Origin: Trichocoleus sp.
GTDB taxonomy: Bacteria > Cyanobacteriota > Cyanobacteriia > Elainellales > Elainellaceae
Direction: 5' to 3'
Assembly (NCBI GenBank): GCA_036702865.1
Contig: DATNQD010000053.1
Span: forward strand, 1,611-41,610
Length of the DNA: 40,000 bases
Positions 27,901 through 35,276 of the stretch are shown one piece after another. Under the pieces are notes generated by a model. That model did no database searches, was not told the origin of the DNA, and worked only from the letters and a program-made list of their open reading frames with translations. The translations under genes and the position numbers were made by a program. Positions within the stretch are counted from its first letter, which is position 1, and every line of letters starts with the position of its first letter.

Positions 27901-29525
27901 GCCAGGTTCAAGAATTAGAAACATCGATTCAGTTTATTGAGGCTGAGAGTGGCAAACCCGCAGGAGTTGGATTTACTCAAACGGTGGATGGTTTGATATG
28001 CCGTTATCGGATTCCAGATGGTTTTACGATTAGCCTCGATGATGACAATCATGCCAAAGTCTATTCATTCCGCAGTTCTTACTTCAAACATCGTATTTTG
28101 CAGGATCCTCGCTTAGATGGAATTGCCAACATCTTCCAGAGAGGATGGTTGCACCAGATCTATCTGTCGATGCTGGTTGCCCGTGCTCTAGAAAGAGATA
28201 TTACCTTGCCTGAAGCTTTCGCAACGCTGCAAGCAGAAGGGGTAGGGCAAGCAATGATTGCGGTTCTAGATGGGATTTTTCAGACACTTGCCGTTGAAGA
28301 ACAAAATGACGAGGAGTTTGGAGGGGATTTGGGTGAAGATGAGGAACAACCAGACCCTCACTTGCCTCCTGGTCGTCAACCTACCCATGAAAGATTGCGG
28401 GAGCTGTGTAACACACCCCTCATTCAAGAGGTTTTGAATGATTTAGCACAAATTCTGTGGAATTCACCCGATGCCGTGTGGGATGAGTGGGCAAAACAGA
28501 GATTTAGTGCAACGCTAGGTGGTGCTTTATTAGAAGCCTGTCGTCAACTTTGCCCCCAGTTTGATTCGGGAGATTTGCTGCTGGATCTTGATCCTGGTCC
28601 GCGATCGCCTGATAGCCCTGCCCAACTTGAAGGCATTGAAGAAATCTGGTTGACCGAGGCAAGTCCAGGTGGCGGTGGTGTAATTGAGGAGATCTTGCAA
28701 CGCTATGCAGCAGATCCAGCAGGCTTTTTCAGATTAGTCGAGAGTGCGCTGGAACCTTCGGACTTTGAAATCATTGATTCAGAGTTGACAAATCTATTGG
28801 AGTTAACGGATTCAGATGACTCGATTTGTGATGCTCTCGCTCAGGTTCGAGGTGCAGAGTCCTATCAATCCTTAACGATCGCTAGTGAAAATCTGAGACG
28901 GACTTTGTCACATCGGGGTATCCTCGTCACGCCCACTGTAATGACAGCCGTTCATGCTCGCGTTTTGACTCCGGGCAGTAACGTTGAAACCGATCGCCAA
29001 TTGCTGAATCTGATTCGTGACTGGCAAGCAGAAGAAGATCGTTTAGGCATCGAGATTGATGCACGAGTGTTTGCTTACATCGCCAGCACTCAAAGCCGTT
29101 TCACGGATGCACTGCCGCCAGAAACGAGGAACAACCCTTATGTCTGCTTTCAGGTACTCTATGGTCGTTTGTGGCTCCGAGGCAGCTTAATTCGCAATCG
29201 AGCCATCTCGTTCTATAACCCGTTTGCGATCGTGCCAGAAGCCGATCGAGAAATCCTGCTAGATGTGCTGCAACCCGCAGAAAATGTGGTGAAGTTAGAG
29301 GAACCCAACTGGCGTGAGCAGGTTGATCAGGGATTAAAGACCGTAGGGGCTGTTTCCTTAATGGCGAAGTTGACTGATCGACAAGCCTTAAAGCGAGCCG
29401 CTTTGCAATTAATGACTGAACCCGTAGACGTTGGATTTCTCAATGTATACCCTGTTGTCGAAGGCTTCCGCAGAACTGTACAGGGATATATTGTGAGGTT
29501 ACGAATTCGGGAGGCAGTGCAATAA
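24960..29525 (+). CDS. dpdJ: giant DEVH-box helicase with inserted Cys-rich zinc ribbon, DpdJ homologue
   Basis: 1521 aa from GTG 24960 (an alternative start is ATG 24972). Motifs: AGTGTGKT (25542-25565), LLDEVHTY, GLSATL, VATAALEVGFNDPNVGAVIQH, QRKGRAGR. The Cys cluster CPYLRCPQC...CLDRDC is at 25839-25940. Confidence 0.65.
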   Translation: MKLIMGDSIDSLVRDFLNSLEKLEIRLLAWGVVDIRGGFREEEIIELAENFIEVQQAEIDPVDLVAELVNRCLLIELNSRSDRIYRTRMAEAVRLFARLRQLFPNRDWQTSSTLVADYRFSLRQRVYPRRSINPEQVVQRIETDKLLTPTQRDALEAMLRSPNRTLELADFQLRATARMLRDLNSPKSRGMIVCAGTGTGKTLAFYLPALTYIAGLVRKTFWTKAIAIYPRNELLKDQFSETYTEARRLDSVLTAQGQRKILIGAFFGLTPIEATLEDKRLKEKWTSERDGFTCPYLRCPQCNGALSWKREDVAKRKEQLTCLDRDCGVVIRDDEIILTRNRMTKFPPDLLFTTTEMLNRLMGDSQYGHIFGVGADKTPQIVLLDEVHTYTGIHGAQVAYLLRRWQHVVGKRVQFTGLSATLRSATEFFTQLVGLAPGAVEEISPGDDMQPEGMEYLLALRGDPVSGTSLLSTSIQAAMLLRRVLDPSTDPPSDGTYGSRVFAFTDDLDVTNRLYHNLLDAEGRNSRQQPIKQPLAALRNLHDDDRLIAGQSWSLCRDIGHNLTTHLQVSRTSSQDTGVDRQADVIVATAALEVGFNDPNVGAVIQHKAPKDMASFLQRKGRAGRSRAMRPWTVVVLSDYGRDRIAYQSYDLLFDPTLEERLLPIANRYVIRIQATFACMDWIAQQMQRAPQGSIWKDFSKPSSFSPQQQRQQQAKTIIQSILKNEKQQQALESYLQSALKISWGETQAILWGPPRALMTAVLPTLLRRLEANWQRLPLPGEPELDYHTDDPLPDFVPASLFSDLLLPEVRIVTPPATQQTTESDEYYLPILQALKTFAPGRVSRRFGVQRSQISHWIAPPELIAGHQTLLIDQYCAEFEEAGTFQIWQQEGVANIRCIRPWTLRVAQIPSEVSDKSNAQLQWHTQIVPPTSGNSLDLPQGSLWLEIVSELCSFTHNQQNPLEVRRFALGSQANLRVKRNRQVQELETSIQFIEAESGKPAGVGFTQTVDGLICRYRIPDGFTISLDDDNHAKVYSFRSSYFKHRILQDPRLDGIANIFQRGWLHQIYLSMLVARALERDITLPEAFATLQAEGVGQAMIAVLDGIFQTLAVEEQNDEEFGGDLGEDEEQPDPHLPPGRQPTHERLRELCNTPLIQEVLNDLAQILWNSPDAVWDEWAKQRFSATLGGALLEACRQLCPQFDSGDLLLDLDPGPRSPDSPAQLEGIEEIWLTEASPGGGGVIEEILQRYAADPAGFFRLVESALEPSDFEIIDSELTNLLELTDSDDSICDALAQVRGAESYQSLTIASENLRRTLSHRGILVTPTVMTAVHARVLTPGSNVETDRQLLNLIRDWQAEEDRLGIEIDARVFAYIASTQSRFTDALPPETRNNPYVCFQVLYGRLWLRGSLIRNRAISFYNPFAIVPEADREILLDVLQPAENVVKLEEPNWREQVDQGLKTVGAVSLMAKLTDRQALKRAALQLMTEPVDVGFLNVYPVVEGFRRTVQGYIVRLRIREAVQ

Positions 29526-29723
29526 TCCATTACATTCACCTCAATTTTCACTAACTAAGAAACCTATCTGCCGTCGTCAACTTATTTACCGGTCAAAATT
29601 ATTACATTTTGCTAATCTAGAAAAAATACTTAAGTTTCTCTCCTGATCTAACGTCTTCTAGATAGAACTTATTAAGCAAGGCATGCGCAGGAGATATGCT
29701 AAGGCTAAAGTCCTTGGGCTTCC

Positions 29724-31481
29724 ATGGTTTCTGCGTCTGTTAAATACAAAATTTGCAGAGACCCTATGCGATGCTTGACTAGTCCTAAGTTCCGAAGCAA
29801 TTTTTTGCAACGATTTTGCTTTTTGTTCACGCTACTGCTTACGTTTTGGGCTACTTTCTTTCCGATGAGCACCTTGGCGGCTAACACTTCATCAGTAGCT
29901 GAAGATGACAATGCCAGCAAGTTAGTCTACCTTAAGCAGGGTTGGAGTGAGGATGAGCGAGAGAAATACTACCGGACATATGAAGGATCTCAGCTAATTC
30001 CTTATGATTGGTTTCTAGCACTAGAGCAAGCATCAAATCAGGAGCAATTTCGAGCAGATAAGAACATAGAGCGATTTCGCTATTTGCCGAGTATCACGAA
30101 GTCACAACTCAATCCTGACAACTTACCAGTGGGATTTACGAAAGAACAGGATCCTAGAACAGGAACTTGGCTAGGTTTGAACTGTGCAGCCTGTCATACA
30201 GGTCAAATAAATTATCAAGGTAGAAGTGCCCGCATTGATGGTGCTCCAGCCTTAGCAGATTTCCCTGCTTTTAGCACAGCCATGGCTGAGTCTTTAAGAG
30301 CAACCTTGAAAAATAATGCCAAATTTGATCGTTTTGCTAAACATGTTCTAAATGAATCTGCCAACAAGCAACAAATACAAATACAAAGTTTGCACCGGGA
30401 CGTTCAACGGTTTACAGAAGATTTTGAAAGCTATCTAGAGCGGAATAAAGCACCTCATCCGTATGGCTACGGAAGATTGGATGCCTTGGGTATTTCTCTG
30501 AATGAAGTAACGGGCACTGCTATGCAGATTCCTAGCAATATCAGCCCACCTGAGGCTCCAGTGAGCTATCCTGCGCTTTGGCTAACACCAGAGTTGGAAT
30601 GGGTTCAGTGGAATGGTTCAGTCACTAATCCTTTAACCCGCAATGTTGGTCAAGCTTTGAGTGTTTTTGGTAAGGCTACTCTCTCAGGTCCGATCTTTGA
30701 TCACTTCAAATCAACTGTTTATGTAAGAAATTTATATGAGCTTGAGAAGCAAATCGGTCAACTTGAAGTACCCGTTTGGCCTGAAGAAATTTTAGGAACG
30801 ATAGACCGGACACAAGCAGTGCGAGGAGAAGCATTATTTCAGGTAAATTGTGCTTCTTGCCACGCTAATAAACCACCTTACCCCATGACATCTCCCAACC
30901 GATTTGGAAAATCTTTAATTAAGGTAGAACGAACCAAACTGGCAGATGTAGGAACTGACCCGATCGCAGCAGAGAGATTTGCAAAACGAGTGTCGAAAAC
31001 TGGAAATCTTGCGCCCTACTTTACGGGGCCTGATGGCCGACAGTTATCTGAGGTGCCGACGCCAACATTATTTGGTTTTATTGCCACTCTGGTTTCAGAG
31101 CGACAGCTCGACGAGTTACGACTCCTTAATGAAGAAAAAATTATGTATCGGGGTTATCGTGAACGCGTTTCTCCCGGAGACCTTCTAGCTTATAAGGCAG
31201 GTCCTCTTGCAGGAGTTTGGGCAACCGCACCATACTTGCATAATGGGTCTGTGCCCAATCTAAATCAACTTCTGCTTCCTTCTGAGAAGCGTGACAAGAC
31301 GTTCCATGTAGGTAGTCAGGAGTTTGATCCAGTTAACGTTGGGTTTAAGACAGAAGCATCTGCTGGCAGCATGGAATTTCAAACAACTCTTCCTGGAAAC
31401 TCTAATGCTGGTCATGAGTACGGCACTACCCTAAATGATGACGATCGACACGCTCTGATTGAGTACCTTAAAACGTTGTAA
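29724..31481 (+). CDS. secreted di-haem c-type cytochrome, CCP/MauG/RoxA-like
   Basis: There are two CxxCH haem-binding motifs: CAACH at 30183-30197 and CASCH at 30849-30863. The family-typical APYLHNGSVPNL is also present. The N-terminus is signal-peptide-like (FCFLFTLLLTFWATFFPMSTLA/AN), so the true start may be ATG 29766. Confidence 0.7.
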   Translation: MVSASVKYKICRDPMRCLTSPKFRSNFLQRFCFLFTLLLTFWATFFPMSTLAANTSSVAEDDNASKLVYLKQGWSEDEREKYYRTYEGSQLIPYDWFLALEQASNQEQFRADKNIERFRYLPSITKSQLNPDNLPVGFTKEQDPRTGTWLGLNCAACHTGQINYQGRSARIDGAPALADFPAFSTAMAESLRATLKNNAKFDRFAKHVLNESANKQQIQIQSLHRDVQRFTEDFESYLERNKAPHPYGYGRLDALGISLNEVTGTAMQIPSNISPPEAPVSYPALWLTPELEWVQWNGSVTNPLTRNVGQALSVFGKATLSGPIFDHFKSTVYVRNLYELEKQIGQLEVPVWPEEILGTIDRTQAVRGEALFQVNCASCHANKPPYPMTSPNRFGKSLIKVERTKLADVGTDPIAAERFAKRVSKTGNLAPYFTGPDGRQLSEVPTPTLFGFIATLVSERQLDELRLLNEEKIMYRGYRERVSPGDLLAYKAGPLAGVWATAPYLHNGSVPNLNQLLLPSEKRDKTFHVGSQEFDPVNVGFKTEASAGSMEFQTTLPGNSNAGHEYGTTLNDDDRHALIEYLKTL

Positions 31482-31613
31482 AGAGACAAGCACTGATCTT
31501 GTTGCCTACAACGTCGGGATAATGCTTTAAACCTGATTCGGTTAGTGATTACAAGAAGGATCATGAACTTCTTAATAATTCAATCAGCATGATACATGCC
31601 TTAAGGAACCTCT

Positions 31614-32381
31614 ATGCCGCAGATTGCCGTTGGTAACCTAACTGTTAATTATGAAATAAGGGGTAGTGGTCATCCTCTGCTAATGATCATGGGTTTGAGC
31701 TTTAGCCTGCTGGATTGGGGAGATGACCTGCCCAACGAACTGGCTAAACACTATCAGGTCATTCTCTATGACAATCGAGATGCTGGACTGACAACAAGTT
31801 CATCAGTGCAAGATTACACGATCGCTGACGTAGCAGATGATGCAGCAGGTTTGCTGCAAGCTCTCAATATCAAGCAAGCTCATGTTTTTGGTGTAAGCAT
31901 GGGAGGTATGGTTGCTCAGCAGTTTGCTTTAAGACATGCTGGCAAGCTTAACAAGTTAGTTCTGGGCTGCACGATGGCAGGTGGCAGTTGTAGCGTTCCG
32001 GCTAAACTCTCAAGTTTCACAAGGGGAAGTCTTCTGGATCTTCTGTTTACGCAATCATATTTGGCAGACGCCAGTAACAAGAGAAATGCAGAGGATTTTT
32101 TAGCGAATACATCTCCCTATCACAGCAAACAGGAAGGTTTGTATCGGCAGTTAAAGGCGATTTATTCACATGATACCTGTAATAGTCTGAGAACCATTAA
32201 GGCTCCTACGTTGATCATTACTGGTGATAGTGACGTAGTAATACCACCTGAAAACAGCGATGTCTTGAAGCAGAAAATTTCAGGTGCAGAGCTTGTCCCC
32301 CTCCTGAAAGATGGGAATCATGGGTTCCCATATAGCCATGCGATCGAAACGGCAAGTATATTGATCAATTTCTTAGGTTGA
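31614..32381 (+). CDS. alpha/beta-fold hydrolase
   Basis: 255 aa. It has HPLLMIMGLS, the nucleophile elbow HVFGVSMGGMVA (GxSxG), a late ITGDSDVV, and GNHGF. Confidence 0.85.
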   Translation: MPQIAVGNLTVNYEIRGSGHPLLMIMGLSFSLLDWGDDLPNELAKHYQVILYDNRDAGLTTSSSVQDYTIADVADDAAGLLQALNIKQAHVFGVSMGGMVAQQFALRHAGKLNKLVLGCTMAGGSCSVPAKLSSFTRGSLLDLLFTQSYLADASNKRNAEDFLANTSPYHSKQEGLYRQLKAIYSHDTCNSLRTIKAPTLIITGDSDVVIPPENSDVLKQKISGAELVPLLKDGNHGFPYSHAIETASILINFLG

Positions 32382-32434
32382 GTATTTAGGGAATGCACAA
32401 ATGAGTAGATTAAACGAGGGAGCCTGCTGGGTTA

Positions 32435-32453
32435 TCGGCTACACCCTAGCCGA
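32435..32453 (+). terminator. 7-bp stem hairpin downstream of the hydrolase gene (weak terminator candidate)
   Basis: TCGGCTA (32435-32441), loop CACCC, then TAGCCGA (32447-32453), about 50 nt after the stop. No U-tract follows. Confidence 0.2.
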
Positions 32454-32617
32454 AACTTGCCAGTGAGGTGCGATTGCCAAGGATGTAAGCTTGTGAACCT
32501 AATGATAATTTTCTTCGCATAACCATTGCCAAGTCTTGTATTTTCCTAATGAACTCGATGACTCGATGATCTGAATCTTGATCTGTCCAGCTTTATGTAA
32601 TCAAAAAGGAAGTGTTT

Positions 32618-33388
32618 ATGGTAGAGATGAAAGTTAAGGCAGATAGCCTAAACCTGCGTAGGGCACCAGAAATCAGAGATGACAACATTATTACTGCTTT
32701 GGCTTTGGCTCAAGAGGTAAAAGTTTTAGGGGGAGCACCAACAGATAGGTTCTGGAAAGTTGAAACTATTGTTTCAGGTTCAACAATTCAAGGTTTTGTA
32801 AGTGCAGCCTTCTTGCGGCAACCTGTAAGTGACAAGAAAGAAGCCTTGATCGGTGCGGCGGTAAAAGAATGGCTTCGGTTTGAACGAGGCGATAAATTTG
32901 AATTTGATAATCCTCAATTTAAGTATGTTGGTGAATATTGGTCAAAAATTGGTCTAAATCTTGATGGTCGTGATAGAGATCAACCTTGGTCGGCGGCATT
33001 TATTTCCTTTGTTGCTCGATCTGCTGGCTATAGTAATTTCAAGTTTGCAGCTGCTCACTCGACATATGTTTATGATGCTGTAGATAAGCGTAGAGCAAAT
33101 GATGCAACAGCCCCTTTCTGGGGATTTGATGTTAATGAGCATAAGCCTCAACTTGGTGATCTAGTTTGCCGCGGGCGAGATGGAGTTAGTATCACCTCCA
33201 TGTCTTCTCTACCAAGCGGAGGCTTTAAAAGTCATTGTGACATCGTAGTTGACATTAAGGATACGGAAGTACGAACACTTGGAGGTAATGTAAGTCAATC
33301 CGTGTCAATAACTTCATACCCACTAAATAGCAGTGGCTTTTTGAGACAGGTGAATAGTGTATATGGCGTTCTAAGGAACAATTTTTGA
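32618..33388 (+). CDS. SH3b + DUF2272-like (NlpC/CHAP-related) putative wall hydrolase, no signal peptide
   Basis: I prefer ATG 32618, which is 6 nt after AGGAAG; the track start 32612 is a GTG. The SH3b module is VKADSLNLRRAP...FWKVE...QGFVSAAFL. The C-terminal region reads PWSAAFISFVARSAGY...AAHSTYVYDAV...GDLVCRGR...SHCDIVVDI...LGGNVSQSV, as I recall for DUF2272. Confidence 0.65.
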   Translation: MVEMKVKADSLNLRRAPEIRDDNIITALALAQEVKVLGGAPTDRFWKVETIVSGSTIQGFVSAAFLRQPVSDKKEALIGAAVKEWLRFERGDKFEFDNPQFKYVGEYWSKIGLNLDGRDRDQPWSAAFISFVARSAGYSNFKFAAAHSTYVYDAVDKRRANDATAPFWGFDVNEHKPQLGDLVCRGRDGVSITSMSSLPSGGFKSHCDIVVDIKDTEVRTLGGNVSQSVSITSYPLNSSGFLRQVNSVYGVLRNNF

Positions 33389-33428
33389 ATGCTTTAGAGT
33401 CCGAGACAACAAATCTTCATGCTGCAAA

Positions 33429-33454
33429 GGTGACAAACGCTCTGGTTTGTCACC
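33429..33454 (+). terminator. perfect 10-bp stem hairpin 40 nt after the stop (terminator or RNA-stability element)
   Basis: GGTGACAAAC (33429-33438), loop GCTCTG, then GTTTGTCACC (33445-33454). An A-rich rather than U-rich tract follows, so this is not a textbook intrinsic terminator. Confidence 0.3.
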
Positions 33455-33507
33455 AAACAAAGACAAAGATTAATTCAGTTTTATATCCAGATAACCACTT
33501 TTAAGTC

Positions 33508-34383
33508 ATGCAATCTTTTCAAGTCATCTCTGGTGGATTAAATCTTCGTTCTGCTCCAAGTGATACCATTATTGCTGTTCTTTCCAGGGGACACGTCGTA
33601 ATAAAAATTGAAGAGGCAACAGACAGCAAGTGGTGGAAAGTGCGAACCTTCTTTGGTGGAGAGACTTTAGAAGGATATGTAGCTGCTAGATTTCTAAGTT
33701 CAACTTCTACTTTTCCCATTGAAACCCTTCTAGAAATTGGTGGAATTTCTATTAAAAGAGCAAGTGGTGAATCTGCTTTCTTGTATCAAGCAGGTATGAG
33801 CATCAATGCTGATGGTGCACCTAATGCCTATCATCCAGCAGATACAGGTATTGATTTTCTAGCAAATGCTGGCTACCCAGGTAATTGGTGGGCTTTAGCT
33901 GTAGATAGAGATGGAGATCCATTTATTCAAAGTAACAGTGATCCATTTCCTGGGTATTATGTCTCCACAACCGCCCTACTTGATGCCAGTTTCAATAAAC
34001 AAGATCCACGTCGCTATGTAGATTCTCTAAAGATTCCATACATTGTTCTCCCTGGAAATGGTGATTTTAGAAGAGCTACAGGTGTTCAGCTTGGAGATTT
34101 CGCCGTTGCTTTCAACAACAGTAATCAACAGTTGGCTTTTGCAATCTATGCTGATGTAGGTCCTAAAAATCAAATAGGAGAAGGATCGATAGCCTTATCC
34201 CAAGCTCTTGGAAATGATCCATTTCTACGTGGACGAGTTAGACGAGGAATTGCTAGAGGAATTACTTATATTGTTTTTCCGGATTCTGGCAATGGAAAAC
34301 CAAGAAAAGTTTCAGAGATAGAAACTGAAACAAAACAGCTATTTGAGATGTGGGGTGGTATAGACCGTATTAAATCTATGTAG
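33508..34383 (+). CDS. SH3b + GH75 chitosanase-like domain protein, no signal peptide
   Basis: 291 aa. The SH3b module is VISGGLNLRSAP...WWKVRT...EGYVAARFL. The C-terminal region reads SINADGAPNAYHP...PYIVLPG...GDFAVAF...AIYADVGPKNQIGEGSIALSQALG, which resembles the GH75 (PF07335) core as I remember it. Confidence 0.6.
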   Translation: MQSFQVISGGLNLRSAPSDTIIAVLSRGHVVIKIEEATDSKWWKVRTFFGGETLEGYVAARFLSSTSTFPIETLLEIGGISIKRASGESAFLYQAGMSINADGAPNAYHPADTGIDFLANAGYPGNWWALAVDRDGDPFIQSNSDPFPGYYVSTTALLDASFNKQDPRRYVDSLKIPYIVLPGNGDFRRATGVQLGDFAVAFNNSNQQLAFAIYADVGPKNQIGEGSIALSQALGNDPFLRGRVRRGIARGITYIVFPDSGNGKPRKVSEIETETKQLFEMWGGIDRIKSM

Positions 34384-34550
34384 CTACAAACAAGCGATTA
34401 GAGGAGGTTATGAAAATTAACCGGATCAACCTTTTGTAAATTGAAACTGCAAACCTATGACTATTGCATTGTCATGGAGTTTAGTCAACTCTCTACAAAT
34501 TTAGACGAAGAAGATAAGCAGTTTAACATAAGGATCAACCAGGAGTAAAA

Positions 34551-35276
34551 ATGTCTACTTTTAGCCTAAGTGGAAGTGTGGGAAAGGGTGGAGTCAATAA
34601 TTCAGCAGACGTTCTAGTTGTGAAAAGTCAATTGGCAGATCTAGGTTTTCCCGTGTCAAAAGATTCGGTTATGAATGCCAACACGATCGCCATCATTAAG
34701 CTCTTTCAATCTATCATTAGAGGTGAAGTTAGGATTCTAGGAGATGGTCGGGTAGACAGAGACGGGCCCACCCATAAGTTTCTTCAGGCAGCCAACGCTC
34801 CTCGATGGATGGAGATGCCAGATGGTTCTGATGCTGAAGGCTTTATTAACCATGACAAGCGCCAAGGTGATAATCACGATTTTGGCACTAGTTGGATGAT
34901 CGAAACCATTCAAGCCGCTGCTCAGCTTTATCTAACAAATTATCGTTCCAGAAACCCTGGTGCTGCTGTCATTCAGACTAATAACCTTAGTCTACCCAAG
35001 GGTGGTGATACTCCCATTCACGCAACCCATGAAACCGGATTATCCTGCGACATTCGTGTACCTCGAAAAGATGGTGGAGCAGGAACTACCATAGATGATC
35101 GTGCTACATATGATCGCGAGGCTATGAGAGCCATGCTAAAAGCCATTCGAGGACAAACCAAATATGGCATTAAGCGAATTTATTTCAATGACTTCACTCT
35201 CATAACAGAGGGGCTTTGTAAAGAATTGGCTGGTCATCATAACCATGCTCATATTGATATCATTCCACCTCAATGA
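34551..35276 (+). CDS. PG-binding-like N-domain + LAS-type zinc metallopeptidase (MepA/M74-like), no signal peptide
   Basis: 241 aa, with AGGAG at 34541-34545. HATHETGLSCDIRV and GHHNHAHIDI give the LAS H-x(3-6)-D plus H-x-H zinc signature and resemble the MepA HxSHQxGLDxD motif. The N-terminal VLVVKSQLADLGFPV...IIKLFQ is PG_binding_1-like. Confidence 0.6.
   Translation: MSTFSLSGSVGKGGVNNSADVLVVKSQLADLGFPVSKDSVMNANTIAIIKLFQSIIRGEVRILGDGRVDRDGPTHKFLQAANAPRWMEMPDGSDAEGFINHDKRQGDNHDFGTSWMIETIQAAAQLYLTNYRSRNPGAAVIQTNNLSLPKGGDTPIHATHETGLSCDIRVPRKDGGAGTTIDDRATYDREAMRAMLKAIRGQTKYGIKRIYFNDFTLITEGLCKELAGHHNHAHIDIIPPQ

Noticed and set aside
29526-29723. Possibility that dpdK, or another nuclease gene, follows dpdJ.
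   Set aside because: Only 198 bp of ORF-free sequence separate dpdJ from the signal-peptide-bearing di-haem cytochrome gene, so there is no room for a PLD-type nuclease. Its absence is reported as a finding rather than assumed to be an annotation gap.
31483-31510. Hairpin ACAAG-CACTGAT-CTTGT just after the cytochrome gene stop, as a possible terminator.
   Set aside because: The stem is only 5 bp and no U-tract follows, which is indistinguishable from chance.
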